DNA from: Hyphomicrobiaceae bacterium
GTDB lineage: Bacteria; Pseudomonadota; Alphaproteobacteria; Rhizobiales; Hyphomicrobiaceae
Length of the DNA stretch: 64,000 nt
Assembly (NCBI GenBank): GCA_041397765.1
Contig: JAWKWA010000008.1
Coordinates: forward strand, 94,726 to 158,725
Direction: 5' to 3'
Each line of letters opens with the position of its first letter. Positions within the stretch are counted from its first letter, which is position 1. Positions 50,075-59,047 of the stretch are shown in pieces. The notes beneath the pieces are model-generated. The model was not told where the DNA came from and did no database searches. It saw nothing but the letters and a program-made list of their open reading frames with translations. Position numbers and translations under genes: made by a program.

Positions 50075-50310
50075 GCGACCTCGCTTCCCGATCGACGACC
50101 GGGCTTTCCCCTACCCGATATCGTGAGCCGCCCCGCCAACCTCAAGCGGTCGATCCCGGCGGCACCCCTCTTTGACCTGCCTCACCATCGCTGCGCCAAC
50201 CAGTCCGGCTTGCGAAGGGGCTACACTTGGCTCGGCAATTGGTGTTTGTTGCGTCGCAAAGCGATGTGCCGTGCCGGTCCCGGTTTCGGCACGAGAGAGG
50301 GACGCTCCGC

Positions 50311-51303
50311 ATGCTTTCCAGCCTGACCTTCAGCGCCTTTTCCGGCAAGAAGCGCTTCGCCGACCTGTCCGAGAAGGAGATCCTGGCCCTCGCCATCACC
50401 TCCGAGGAAGAGGACAGCCAGATCTATCAGGCCTATGCCGCAAAGCTGCGCGCTGACTTTCCCGCCAGTGCCGCGGTGTTCGACGGCATGGCCGCCGAGG
50501 AGAACGAGCACCGCCGCTGGCTGATCGACCTCTACAAGAAGCGCTTCGGCGACTTCGTCATTCCGCTGCGCCGCGAGCATGTCGCCGATTACTTCACCCG
50601 CCGCCCGGTCTGGCTGGTCGAGAATCTCGGCGTCGAGCGCATCCGCGAGGAAGCCGCCGACATGGAGCGGCAGGCGCAGAAATTCTATTCCGCCGCCGCC
50701 GCCCGCGCCACCGACGCCGACACGCGCAAGCTGCTCGGCGACCTCGCCATCGCCGAGGCCGGCCACGAATTGTCCGCCGAGGGCCTCGCCGAGGAGCATC
50801 TGGGCAAGGAGGAGCGCGCCGAGGAGGACGAGCGGGCCCGCCGTCAGTTCATTCTGACCTGGGTGCAGCCCGGTCTCGCCGGCCTGATGGATGGCTCCGT
50901 CTCGACGCTCGCCCCGATCTTCGCCACCGCCTTCGCTACCCAGAACACCTGGACGACCCTGCTCGTCGGCCTGTCGGCCGCGGTCGGCGCCGGCATCTCC
51001 ATGGGCTTCACCGAGGCGGTCCACGACGACGGCAAGATCTCTGGTCGCGGCGCTCCCTGGAAGCGCGGCATCGCCTCGGGGGTGATGACGGCGATCGGCG
51101 GTCTCGGCCACGCCCTGCCCTACATGATCCCGCACTTCTGGACGGCGACGATCGTCGCGCTGGTGATCGTGTTCTTCGAGCTGTGGGCGATCGTGTGGAT
51201 CCAGAACCGCTATATGGAGACGCCGTTCCTGCGCGCCACGTTCCAGGTCGTGCTCGGCGGTGCCCTGGTGCTCGCGGCCGGCATTCTGATCGGCGGGGCC
51301 TAG
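50311..51303 (+). CDS. mbfA: membrane-bound ferritin-like / vacuolar-iron-transporter family protein (erythrin-VIT1 fusion, MbfA-like)
   Basis: N-terminal rubrerythrin/ferritin-like domain (EILALAITSEEEDSQIYQAYA...MAAEENEHRRWL...ERQAQKFYSAAAA...IAEAGHE) fused to a C-terminal VIT1/CCC1 membrane domain (LAGLMDGSVSTLAPIFATAFA...). Confidence 0.85.
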   Translation: MLSSLTFSAFSGKKRFADLSEKEILALAITSEEEDSQIYQAYAAKLRADFPASAAVFDGMAAEENEHRRWLIDLYKKRFGDFVIPLRREHVADYFTRRPVWLVENLGVERIREEAADMERQAQKFYSAAAARATDADTRKLLGDLAIAEAGHELSAEGLAEEHLGKEERAEEDERARRQFILTWVQPGLAGLMDGSVSTLAPIFATAFATQNTWTTLLVGLSAAVGAGISMGFTEAVHDDGKISGRGAPWKRGIASGVMTAIGGLGHALPYMIPHFWTATIVALVIVFFELWAIVWIQNRYMETPFLRATFQVVLGGALVLAAGILIGGA

Positions 51304-51391
51304 AGCCTGATCGGTCGAGATGCGCGCGTCCGCGCGCGCATCGAGAGCGTGAATCAGACTCTACAGAAAAGACAGCCTGACCGGTCGAGAT

Positions 51392-51498
51392 GTGCGCGTC
51401 CGCGCGCGGGGTTGGCGGGACGGCCGCGCGCAAACAAAGGAGATACCGGCGCGCATCCAACTGGATCACGAGTCGAAACCCATGCGCGCCGGTATGAC
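51392..51498. repeat. about 100-nt structured repeat element, copy 2, with a partial tandem duplication of its 5' part just upstream (51305-51345)
   Basis: gcgcgcgg-N14-ccgcgcgc ... accggcgcgcat-N31-atgcgcgccggt conserved with 24147..24247. The segment cctgaYcggtcgagatgYgcgcgtccgcgcgcg occurs at 51305 and again at 51375. Confidence 0.6.
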
Positions 51499-51528
51499 TT
51501 CGTTGCCTCCGCCTGACGACCGCTGCCG

Positions 51529-52659
51529 TCACGTCGCGCCGCCGAGCCAGACGATGTGATTGTCGAAGTGGAGGTCGGCGTGCGCCTCGGGCGGCGATAT
51601 GGTTGCGGCGTCGCCGTCGGGCATGGTCCGCCGCGTCACACCTGCCCCGCTCGTCAGCAGGATCTCGCGCGCCCGCCCCGTTCCCGTCAGCCCGCAGACA
51701 TCGGCGAGCTCGCTCGTGCCGAGGAACCGGCCGCTGGCGATGTCCCAATGCGCGACGAGACCGCCCTTGGGCGAGGAGGCACTGGCGAGCGTGCCCGAGC
51801 TGTCGACGGCGACGCTGCCGACATAGCCGCGCATGCGACGGGTGACCATGGCCGGGCAATCGAGCATGCGCGGCGCCGCGCCGACGCGGGTGATGCCGAC
51901 CAGCGGCGGATGCTCCGTCATCGCGCCGTGCCACTGGCAGCCGAACACCACGCTGTCCTCCGCCGCGACCGCCAGATGCCGTATCGACAGCAGCCGCCAG
52001 TCGGGCTTCAGCTCCTGCCTGTCGATCAGCGCGCCGCTCGCAAGGTCGATCGCCGTCAGGCTCGAGCGCATCTGCGACACGGCGATGTCGGTGCGACCAT
52101 TGGGATCCGTCTCGATGCCGCCATTGGCGACGATGAGGGTTCGCCCGTCCGACAGGAGCGCGATGTCGTGCGGCCCGGTGCCACCGGTCGGCATGCTCCC
52201 GATCGGCCGGTAGCCGCCGGTCGCATCGCGGATGCCGATGACGCCGGCGCCACCGGCGATGTCGTTCTCGCTCGACAGCATGAGCCGTCCGTCCGCCGTA
52301 TAGACGCCATGACCGAAGAAGTGGCGGTTCTCCTCGGCGCCGAGCTCGAGCGGGCCCGCGCGCCCGTCGAGATCGAAGCGGACCGCGAAGCGGCCCGGCC
52401 GGCGCGCGAACACCACCGCTTCCCGGCTGCCAGGGCGCACGGCGATGTCGTGGCAGCGCGCCGGCATCGCAATGGTGCGGGCGATGCCGAGATCGCCGCC
52501 GATCAGCCCGACCCCATAGCCACTGGCCTCGCCCGCGAAGGCCGAGGCGAACCGTGCCGGCTCGCTCGCCGCGGCGAGCGACGGCGCCGTGCGGACCGTC
52601 ATCAGGGCTGCCGCCGCGCCGATCAGCAGCTCGCGACGATCAATCGCCATCGCCGGCAT
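51529..52659 (-). CDS. DUF1513 domain protein (Tat-secreted beta-propeller-like)
   Basis: MPAMAIDRRELLIGAAAALM (Tat RR motif). 376 aa. Typical 4th member of the imelysin / DUF1111 cluster. Confidence 0.8.
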   Translation of the reverse strand: MPAMAIDRRELLIGAAAALMTVRTAPSLAAASEPARFASAFAGEASGYGVGLIGGDLGIARTIAMPARCHDIAVRPGSREAVVFARRPGRFAVRFDLDGRAGPLELGAEENRHFFGHGVYTADGRLMLSSENDIAGGAGVIGIRDATGGYRPIGSMPTGGTGPHDIALLSDGRTLIVANGGIETDPNGRTDIAVSQMRSSLTAIDLASGALIDRQELKPDWRLLSIRHLAVAAEDSVVFGCQWHGAMTEHPPLVGITRVGAAPRMLDCPAMVTRRMRGYVGSVAVDSSGTLASASSPKGGLVAHWDIASGRFLGTSELADVCGLTGTGRAREILLTSGAGVTRRTMPDGDAATISPPEAHADLHFDNHIVWLGGAT

Positions 52660-53746
52660 TGAACCCCACCGTGACGCCCGCCGCCTGCGTGATCAGCTCG
52701 GCGGCGAGTTGCTGGGCATTGCGAAGAGGAAAGCCCGCCGCGATGATGGCGCGCCGGCCTTCGCCCTTTCGCGCGGCGTCGAGATCGGTGCCGGCTCGCC
52801 GGACGGCTGCGGCTGCCGTCTCGATCTCCTCGCCGATCAGCCTCGCGATGCCATGATCGGCCGTCGTAACGCGCTTTTCGATGCCGCCGTCGCCATAGAG
52901 CGCGCCAAGCCCTTCGAGGCCTGCGACTATGTAAGGCAGCGTCAGACCCGCCGTCTCCAGGATGCCGGGTGTCGGCGCCTTGTCCACTGCCCTGAGGCCG
53001 ATGGGACCGGCAAGGCGCGAATCGCGGATCTGCTCGATGCCGTTGACGAAGGTCTGGGCGATACCGAGTGTCACCTCGTTCGCGTCGAGATAGGCCGGGT
53101 TGTCGGCCGAGGGCGTCCGCATCAGCCTCGCAAAGCCGCTCTCGTCGCGCCAGTCGCGATCGAGATCCCCGGCGATCCGGCGGATGTTGGCGGCGATGGC
53201 GGCGGCGAACCCGCAGCGGAATTGCGTCTCCTCCGCCGGCAGGCCGGCCGGTGCGGCAAAGAGCAGGATCTCGAGCGCGGGAAGGCCCTGCAACGCCACA
53301 CTCTTTCCATGGAGGCTGGCGGCATCGAGCACGCTCGGGGCTCTGGCGGCGAGTTCCTTCTCGACCTGCCGGCGCACGAGGCCCTTGGGGTCGGGATAGA
53401 GCAGCAGACGCTCGGGCCGCGCCGCCTCGTGGCTCGGCCCGAAGCGCACGATGTCGAGCGGGGCATAGGCGAGCGCTGCCGAGGAGAAAGCTGCGCGGGT
53501 TGTCGCGCCCAAACCGGCATCATCCGGCCGCGCGCATTGCGCCCTCGCGGCCTCGTCGAGCCCCATGGCGGCGGCGGCGAAGCGCGCCGTCGCCGGCCGC
53601 AGGAAACCCTCGAGGAAATCCTCGACAAGGCCGGCGTGATCGAATGGTGGCGCCGCTTCGGCGAAGGCGCGCAATGTCGTCGCGCTTCCGCCCGGCAAGA
53701 TGAGCGCGCCGGCGCCGAGCAACCGGAGGAGCCGTCTTCTGTTCAT
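52640..53746 (-). CDS. imelysin-like (peptidase_M75 family) protein
   Basis: Tat signal MNRRRLLRLLGAGALIL. Start taken at the second ATG (53746); a 21-bp duplication provides an alternative ATG at 53767. Imelysin-type four-helix-bundle sequence. Confidence 0.75.
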   Translation of the reverse strand: MNRRRLLRLLGAGALILPGGSATTLRAFAEAAPPFDHAGLVEDFLEGFLRPATARFAAAAMGLDEAARAQCARPDDAGLGATTRAAFSSAALAYAPLDIVRFGPSHEAARPERLLLYPDPKGLVRRQVEKELAARAPSVLDAASLHGKSVALQGLPALEILLFAAPAGLPAEETQFRCGFAAAIAANIRRIAGDLDRDWRDESGFARLMRTPSADNPAYLDANEVTLGIAQTFVNGIEQIRDSRLAGPIGLRAVDKAPTPGILETAGLTLPYIVAGLEGLGALYGDGGIEKRVTTADHGIARLIGEEIETAAAAVRRAGTDLDAARKGEGRRAIIAAGFPLRNAQQLAAELITQAAGVTVGFNAGDGD

Positions 53747-53763
53747 AGCGAGCTCACGAATGT

Positions 53764-55278
53764 TCATAGCGAGCTCACGAATTTGATGAGGGCCTCGCGC
53801 TCCGCCGCCGAAAGTGCGGCAAAGCCGTTGCGTGCCGCCTCCGCTTCTCCGCCGTGCCACAGGATGGCCTCGGTGAGGTTGCGCGCCCGGCCGTCGTGCA
53901 GGAACAGCGTGTGGCCGCTCACCGTCTGAGTGAGCCCGATGCCCCACAGCGGCGGCGTCCGCCATTCCCGCCCGTCCGCCAAGCCCTCGGGCCGGTTGTC
54001 GGCGAGCCCGTCACCCATGTCGTGCAGGAGCAGGTCCGTGTAGGGCCAGATCTTCTGATGCGACAGATGCGGCTCGCCCTCCGCCTCGCCCGTCACGAAA
54101 GAGGGATGGTGGCAGGCGGCGCAGCCGATCTCGTGAAAGAGCGTGCGCCCGGCGAGCACGGCGGGATCCTCGGCGTCGCGCCGCGGTGGCACCGCCAGAT
54201 TGCGCGAGTAGAAGGCGACGAGCGCAAGAAGGTCGTCGCCGATCTCGATCTCCGGCTTGCCCTTGATCGAGCCGTTCGGCGCCGAGAGGCAGAGCGGCTG
54301 GTTGTCCGTGCAGTCGCCGGCCGCGTGCGGCACCATGCTGCTGCCGATGCCGATATCGCCGGCGAAGGCGTCGGCGGCCTGCTGCGCGACCGTCGGATTG
54401 CCGGCCTTCCAGCCGAAGCGTCCGGGCTTCGCCGTGAGATCGGCGATCGACCAGACGAGATTGACGCGGCCCGAAATGCCGTCGCCATCGGCATCGTCGG
54501 GATCGGCATTGGCGAGGAGATCGGCGTCCGGGATCGCCTCGAGAAGACCAAGGCCGATCATCTGCGGCGCGACGCGTGGAGACAGCATCACGCCTTCATG
54601 CAGCGGACCATAGCCCGGATCGCCGACCGAATAGGTCGGTCGCCTGAGGCTGACGATGGTTCCATCCGCCAGTGCCGCCGGCACTTCCTCGTAGGCGATC
54701 AGCATCCGGCCCTCGACCGCGTGCCCCTGCACGGCAAAGCTCTGGAGCTGCCCGCCATAGACGGGGTCGGGCACCACATTGATGCGATGCTCGGCGAGGA
54801 GTGCCCTCTGTTTGTCGGTCTCGGGCGCGATCGACAGGCGCAGGAACATCGAGACCGCTTCCTCCGGACCGCTCGGCGGGTGACCGCGTCCGTCCTTCAG
54901 ATGGCAGCCCTGGCACGAGCGCGCATTGTAGAGGGGTCCGAGCCCGTCCGATGCCTTCGTCGAGGACGGCGACGACACCCAGAATTTGCGGAAGATGGCA
55001 TTCCCGACCTTGAAATCGAGCTCGCGCTCGAAAGGCAGATTGCCGGAGGAATCGGAGAAGGCATTGGCCGTATCCGTGCTCGCCCGCGACGTCGCGGCCC
55101 CGCCCGGCAGGGCCTCCGCGGGATCGAGCGGGGGGATGGCATCGGCCGACATCGCCGCGGCTGATGCCACAACCGGAACGCCGAAACCCGAATGGAGCGC
55201 GCCGGCCACCGCCGCGAGAGAGAGGACCGTGGCGACGACGGTCACGCCCGTCCGCCTGCGACGCGACATTGCAGCCAT
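53764..55278 (-). CDS. DUF1111 di-haem cytochrome c peroxidase-like 'thiol oxidoreductase'
   Basis: Two CxxCH haem motifs (CQGCH, CAACH) and a signal sequence. Approximate start MAAMSRRRRTGVTVVATVL. Confidence 0.85.
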   Translation of the reverse strand: MAAMSRRRRTGVTVVATVLSLAAVAGALHSGFGVPVVASAAAMSADAIPPLDPAEALPGGAATSRASTDTANAFSDSSGNLPFERELDFKVGNAIFRKFWVSSPSSTKASDGLGPLYNARSCQGCHLKDGRGHPPSGPEEAVSMFLRLSIAPETDKQRALLAEHRINVVPDPVYGGQLQSFAVQGHAVEGRMLIAYEEVPAALADGTIVSLRRPTYSVGDPGYGPLHEGVMLSPRVAPQMIGLGLLEAIPDADLLANADPDDADGDGISGRVNLVWSIADLTAKPGRFGWKAGNPTVAQQAADAFAGDIGIGSSMVPHAAGDCTDNQPLCLSAPNGSIKGKPEIEIGDDLLALVAFYSRNLAVPPRRDAEDPAVLAGRTLFHEIGCAACHHPSFVTGEAEGEPHLSHQKIWPYTDLLLHDMGDGLADNRPEGLADGREWRTPPLWGIGLTQTVSGHTLFLHDGRARNLTEAILWHGGEAEAARNGFAALSAAEREALIKFVSSL

Positions 55279-55313
55279 CCTCCGATCCTCCCTGCCCGCC
55301 ATGGCCTCGCCGG

Positions 55314-56594
55314 CTATTGCAGCACGGCCGCCGGATTGTCGAGGCTGTCGGAGCCCTCGAAGTCGATCGAGCTGAGCTCGAGCGCAGTCACGGCCCGCTC
55401 GATCTCCTTCGTCTGCCGCAACAGCGCCGTCACCGCCTGATCGACCGCCGCATTGCCCTCGGCATTGCCCTCGCCGATCATCTGGTCATAGGCCTCGAGC
55501 GATTTCGCACGATCGACGAGCGCCGTCATTCGCTCCATCGTCGCATCGAGCGCGGCGTTGACGCGGCCGTCGATCTCGGGAGCCTTCGCCTTCACGATGT
55601 CCGACGGGCTCGGTCCCTTCACCACGCTGCCATCGATGCGCGTATAGCTGCCGCGATAGATGTTGAGGATGCCGAGCGCGTCGTAATAGTGCGAATTGTG
55701 CGTGTTGTCGGAGAAGCAGTCGTGCTCCTCCTCGGGGTCGTGCACCAGCAGCCCGAGTTTCATGCGTTCGCCGGCGAGCTCGCCATAGGAGAGGCTGCCG
55801 AGCCCGGTGAAGATGGTCGCAAGTCCGGCATTGCCCTCGCCGACCGCCCTGCGCGCCGCTCCGCCGTCCGCCCAGTCCGCCGCCATGGTGCCGAGATCCT
55901 CGACGAGGAGGTCGGTCGCGACCTTCAGGTAGGCCGCCCGCCGGTCGCAGTGACCGTTGGTGCAGTTCGCCGTGTCGAAGTCGGTCGCCGGTCGCGCGCC
56001 AGCCCCCGGCCCCGTGCCGTTCAGGTCCTGCCCCCACAGCAGGAACTCGACGGCATGATAGCCGGTCGCGACATTGGCCTCGATGCCGCCGCCCTCCTGC
56101 AGCTTGTCGGCGAGCAGCTCCCGGGTGATGGTCGAGGCGTCGATCGTTTCCGCGCCGATGCGGATCGAGCGGTTGGCGACGACATTGGCGACATAGAGCG
56201 GGTTCTCGGCCGACTCGCTGCCATACTCGCCGGCGACATAGTCGATGAGGCCCTCATCGAGCGGCCAGGAATTGACGCGTCCCTCCCAGTCGTCAACGAC
56301 GCGATTGCCGAAGCGGAAAGCCTCGGTCTGCATATAGGGCACCCGCGCCGCCTTCCACGCCTCGCGGGCCGCCGCGAGATTGGTTTCGCTCGGCTCGGCG
56401 ATCAGCCGGTCGACGGCTGCCTGAAGCGTCTTTGCGGTGGCGAGGCTGTCGCCATAGGCTGCGGCCGCGATGTCGGCATAGGTCGCGAGCACGGCGCCGA
56501 CCTCCGGTTCCGCGGCGCGCGCGAGGTCGGCCGGACCGGCGAGGAGGCTGGCAGAGAGGAGAAGTGTCGGCAGGTGCCGCAATGTCGTCGGCAT
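55314..56594 (-). CDS. imelysin family protein (iron-regulated protein A-like)
   Basis: Signal peptide MPTTLRHLPTLLLSASLLAGPADLARA. ...LLWGQDLNG..., HxxE-like imelysin motifs. Start at cat 56592-56594 with RBS aaaggga. Confidence 0.85.
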   Translation of the reverse strand: MPTTLRHLPTLLLSASLLAGPADLARAAEPEVGAVLATYADIAAAAYGDSLATAKTLQAAVDRLIAEPSETNLAAAREAWKAARVPYMQTEAFRFGNRVVDDWEGRVNSWPLDEGLIDYVAGEYGSESAENPLYVANVVANRSIRIGAETIDASTITRELLADKLQEGGGIEANVATGYHAVEFLLWGQDLNGTGPGAGARPATDFDTANCTNGHCDRRAAYLKVATDLLVEDLGTMAADWADGGAARRAVGEGNAGLATIFTGLGSLSYGELAGERMKLGLLVHDPEEEHDCFSDNTHNSHYYDALGILNIYRGSYTRIDGSVVKGPSPSDIVKAKAPEIDGRVNAALDATMERMTALVDRAKSLEAYDQMIGEGNAEGNAAVDQAVTALLRQTKEIERAVTALELSSIDFEGSDSLDNPAAVLQ

Positions 56595-56685
56595 GAGGCA
56601 ATTCCCTTTCTTCATCATCTGTCGAGTGTCTTGGTGTCGGGAGCGCCAGCACACGGCCCGACCGCGCCGGCAGGCGTCGATCAGT

Positions 56686-57246
56686 TCAGGCGGCGATCGG
56701 TGCATGCACGGCGACCTTCTTCGGCAGCACCACGCCGAGCCGGTCGAGGCCGGCCGCGAACATGCTCGCCATGTCGATCACGGTGTCGGGCGCCGTCTCG
56801 ACGCCGAGGAGAACCGCCGCGCAGCGACGGGCGATGTCGCCGCGCTGATATTGCAGCGACCCGATCATCGCGATGGCGAGGCATTCGTCGCGGCAGTAGA
56901 GCCGGCAATTGGGCGGGAACACCTCGATCTGCCGCGCCCGGCAGTGCCAGAGCGTACGGCACCAGAAGCCGAGATCGCCGATCGCCTGGCGCGCGCCAGT
57001 AGCGCCGAGCTCGGCGCTGTAGCTCTCGAAGGCGATCTCCCAGGAGGCGATATCTCCGGTATGGTATCCTGCGAGCCAGCAGCGGAACCCCTCGCCGACC
57101 AGCCGGCCTTTGCCGTCGATCTCGTGGAAGGCGGCCATGCGGCAGCAGTCCGGCCGTCCGCAGCTTGCCGGGCAGCGTGCCGCCTTCGGGCCGGCCTCGG
57201 CTTTGCCCGCCGCCGGTCCCGCGGAAGTCGGGAGCCGTCGCCGCAT
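56686..57246 (-). CDS. YkgJ/UPF0153-family putative Fe-S / zinc-chelating domain protein
   Basis: CPASCGRPDCC (CxxxCxxxxCC) near the N-terminus when the ORF is started at ATG 57246. ...FRCWLAGYHTGD...FWCRTLWHCRARQIEVFPPNCRLYCRDEC. Confidence 0.5.
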   Translation of the reverse strand: MRRRLPTSAGPAAGKAEAGPKAARCPASCGRPDCCRMAAFHEIDGKGRLVGEGFRCWLAGYHTGDIASWEIAFESYSAELGATGARQAIGDLGFWCRTLWHCRARQIEVFPPNCRLYCRDECLAIAMIGSLQYQRGDIARRCAAVLLGVETAPDTVIDMASMFAAGLDRLGVVLPKKVAVHAPIAA

Positions 57247-57459
57247 GTTCCGACTGGTTGTCTGGGGAGGATGGCTACGTCGCCCGTCATCCGGCGACGA
57301 CTTCGCAACGCCCGGCGGGCGCGCTCCGGTCGAGGTCATTGTCCTTGTCTCCGCTAGCCGGGGTTCAAAGCCCCGATATCGGTTCATGTCGCCGGCGCAC
57401 CGGCTGAGACGATTGATCCGCGAGACGTGACGACCGGTCAAGCGACGTATCTTGGAGTT

Positions 57460-57483
57460 ATTCCAGAAGCGTCATTTTGGAAT
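57460..57483. promoter_or_regulatory. palindrome ATTCCA-N12-TGGAAT in a low-GC divergent intergenic region (candidate LysR-type site)
   Basis: attccagaagcgtcattttggaat lies about 325 nt upstream of the LysR-family gene at 57807 and about 215 nt upstream of the divergent YkgJ-like gene. Surrounding 57440-57560 is AT-enriched. Confidence 0.3.
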
Positions 57484-57806
57484 GATTCAATATTGTCAAT
57501 GAAAGTAACTACGAGGAATAAATTCGAGCCGTCACGTCCTATCGGTCGTCAGGTTGCCGGCTAATACTGGAAAAGAAAGAAGAGCCGCCGCCCTTCCGGC
57601 CATTGCGACGGACCGCCGCAGTTCCCACATATCCGTGATCGGGGCCGTGCTGCACCAGGAGGGGGCTGCGGCTCTGGGGCGGGAAAGTCGGGACCCGCCG
57701 AGCTTGGACCTTTCCTCGAGGGGGAGGGCCGCGTCAGCTCGCTCGTCGCCGGATTGGGTTCAGTTGTCGCGGCGATCGGCGCAAGCCAAGGGAATGCTGC
57801 CATCAC

Positions 57807-58727
57807 ATGCCCAGCCTCAAGCAGTTCAAGTACTTCGTCGCCCTCTATCACGCCCGCAATTTCAGTCGTGCCGCCGAGCAATTCGGCGTCAAGCAGCCGA
57901 ACGTCAGCAATCAGATCGCCAGACTCGAGAATGAGCTCGGCATACGGCTTTTCGAGCGTGGTGTGGAGACACTGCCGACCCCCGCCGCCGAACGGATCCT
58001 GCCGAGCGCCGTCGCCGCGATCGACGCTGCCGACAGGTTCGTCGCCATCGCCAGGGCGTGCGGCCGCGGGTTCGGTGGTCGCATCCGCCTCGGCACGCCG
58101 AGCACCGTCGGCCCCTGCCTGCTCGCCCATCTGACCGACGAGCTCCGGCAGGCGCATCCGGATCTCGATATCGTCCTGCGCGAGGAGGTTCCCTATGCGC
58201 TGCCTGACCGGCTGAGCGCGGGCGAGTTCGACCTCATCATCCTGCCGTCGCCGGTCGAGCGTGACGGCATCCGCGTCGCCTCGCTCTACCGCGAGCCGAT
58301 CCGCTTCGTCTCGCGGCGGGATCATCCGCTTGCACGGGGTTCCACCGTCGCACCGTCTAAGCTCGCCGGTCAGCAGGTGCTCGTGCTCGATGCCCGCTTC
58401 CATCTCCGCCAGATCGTCGAGGTCTACTGCCGCACGTGCGGGGCGCGGCCGATGACCTGTTGCGAGGCGGCGAGCCTCGACGCCCTCAGTCTCATGGCGC
58501 GGGCGGGCCTTGGCGTGACCTTCTTGCCGGAGCTCTATCTGCGCAAGACGCTCGCCGCCGATGACACGCTCAAAGTGGTGAACCTCGAAGGCGCGCCGCT
58601 CGAGCGGACGGTCGGCATCGCCTGGCGCAGCACGAGCCCGCACGATGAGGGCTTCGCCGCGCTCGCCGCCACGATCCGAGGGGCGCTCGCCCTGCCGGGG
58701 ACCGGCGTCGTGCCGCTGCACGGTTGA
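57807..58727 (+). CDS. LysR family transcriptional regulator
   Basis: MPSLKQFKYFVALYHARNFSRAAEQFGVKQPNVSNQIARLENELGIRLFER (LysR HTH) plus a substrate-binding domain. 306 aa. Confidence 0.9.
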   Translation: MPSLKQFKYFVALYHARNFSRAAEQFGVKQPNVSNQIARLENELGIRLFERGVETLPTPAAERILPSAVAAIDAADRFVAIARACGRGFGGRIRLGTPSTVGPCLLAHLTDELRQAHPDLDIVLREEVPYALPDRLSAGEFDLIILPSPVERDGIRVASLYREPIRFVSRRDHPLARGSTVAPSKLAGQQVLVLDARFHLRQIVEVYCRTCGARPMTCCEAASLDALSLMARAGLGVTFLPELYLRKTLAADDTLKVVNLEGAPLERTVGIAWRSTSPHDEGFAALAATIRGALALPGTGVVPLHG

Positions 58728-58749
58728 GGTGAGCGGAGCGGGAATGCAG

Positions 58750-58790
58750 CCGGGCGGCGTGCACTGGCGACGCCGCCCGGTTTCCATTTT
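58750..58790 (+). terminator. intrinsic terminator downstream of the LysR gene
   Basis: ccgggcggcgt-gcactggcg-acgccgcccgg perfect 11-bp stem, followed by tttccatttt. Confidence 0.7.
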
Positions 58791-59047
58791 GGGCTTCTCC
58801 ATGTGGAGAGTCAGGAGGCTAGGAGCCTGTCGGGAACCAGAGTCGTCACCGGGCGCGCCAACGCACGGATAATGCGCACATTTTTGCAACACAAATCTCC
58901 CAATCCGATATTTCCGCCCCGTTTTGCTCGAAAAACCGGCCAATTCGCCGAAAAGGGAAGAATTGTCGAGATATTTTCGGTGGATAGGGAGATTCCAAAT
59001 CAGCAATATTTGTCTCGTCGAATCATTTCCCCTCTTGGAGAAGCCCA

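Noticed and set aside
50075-50310. Irr iron-control element (TTTAGAA-N3-TTCTAAA) or RirA IRO box upstream of mbfA
   Set aside because: No match better than chance by eye. Only generic GC-rich dyads are present.
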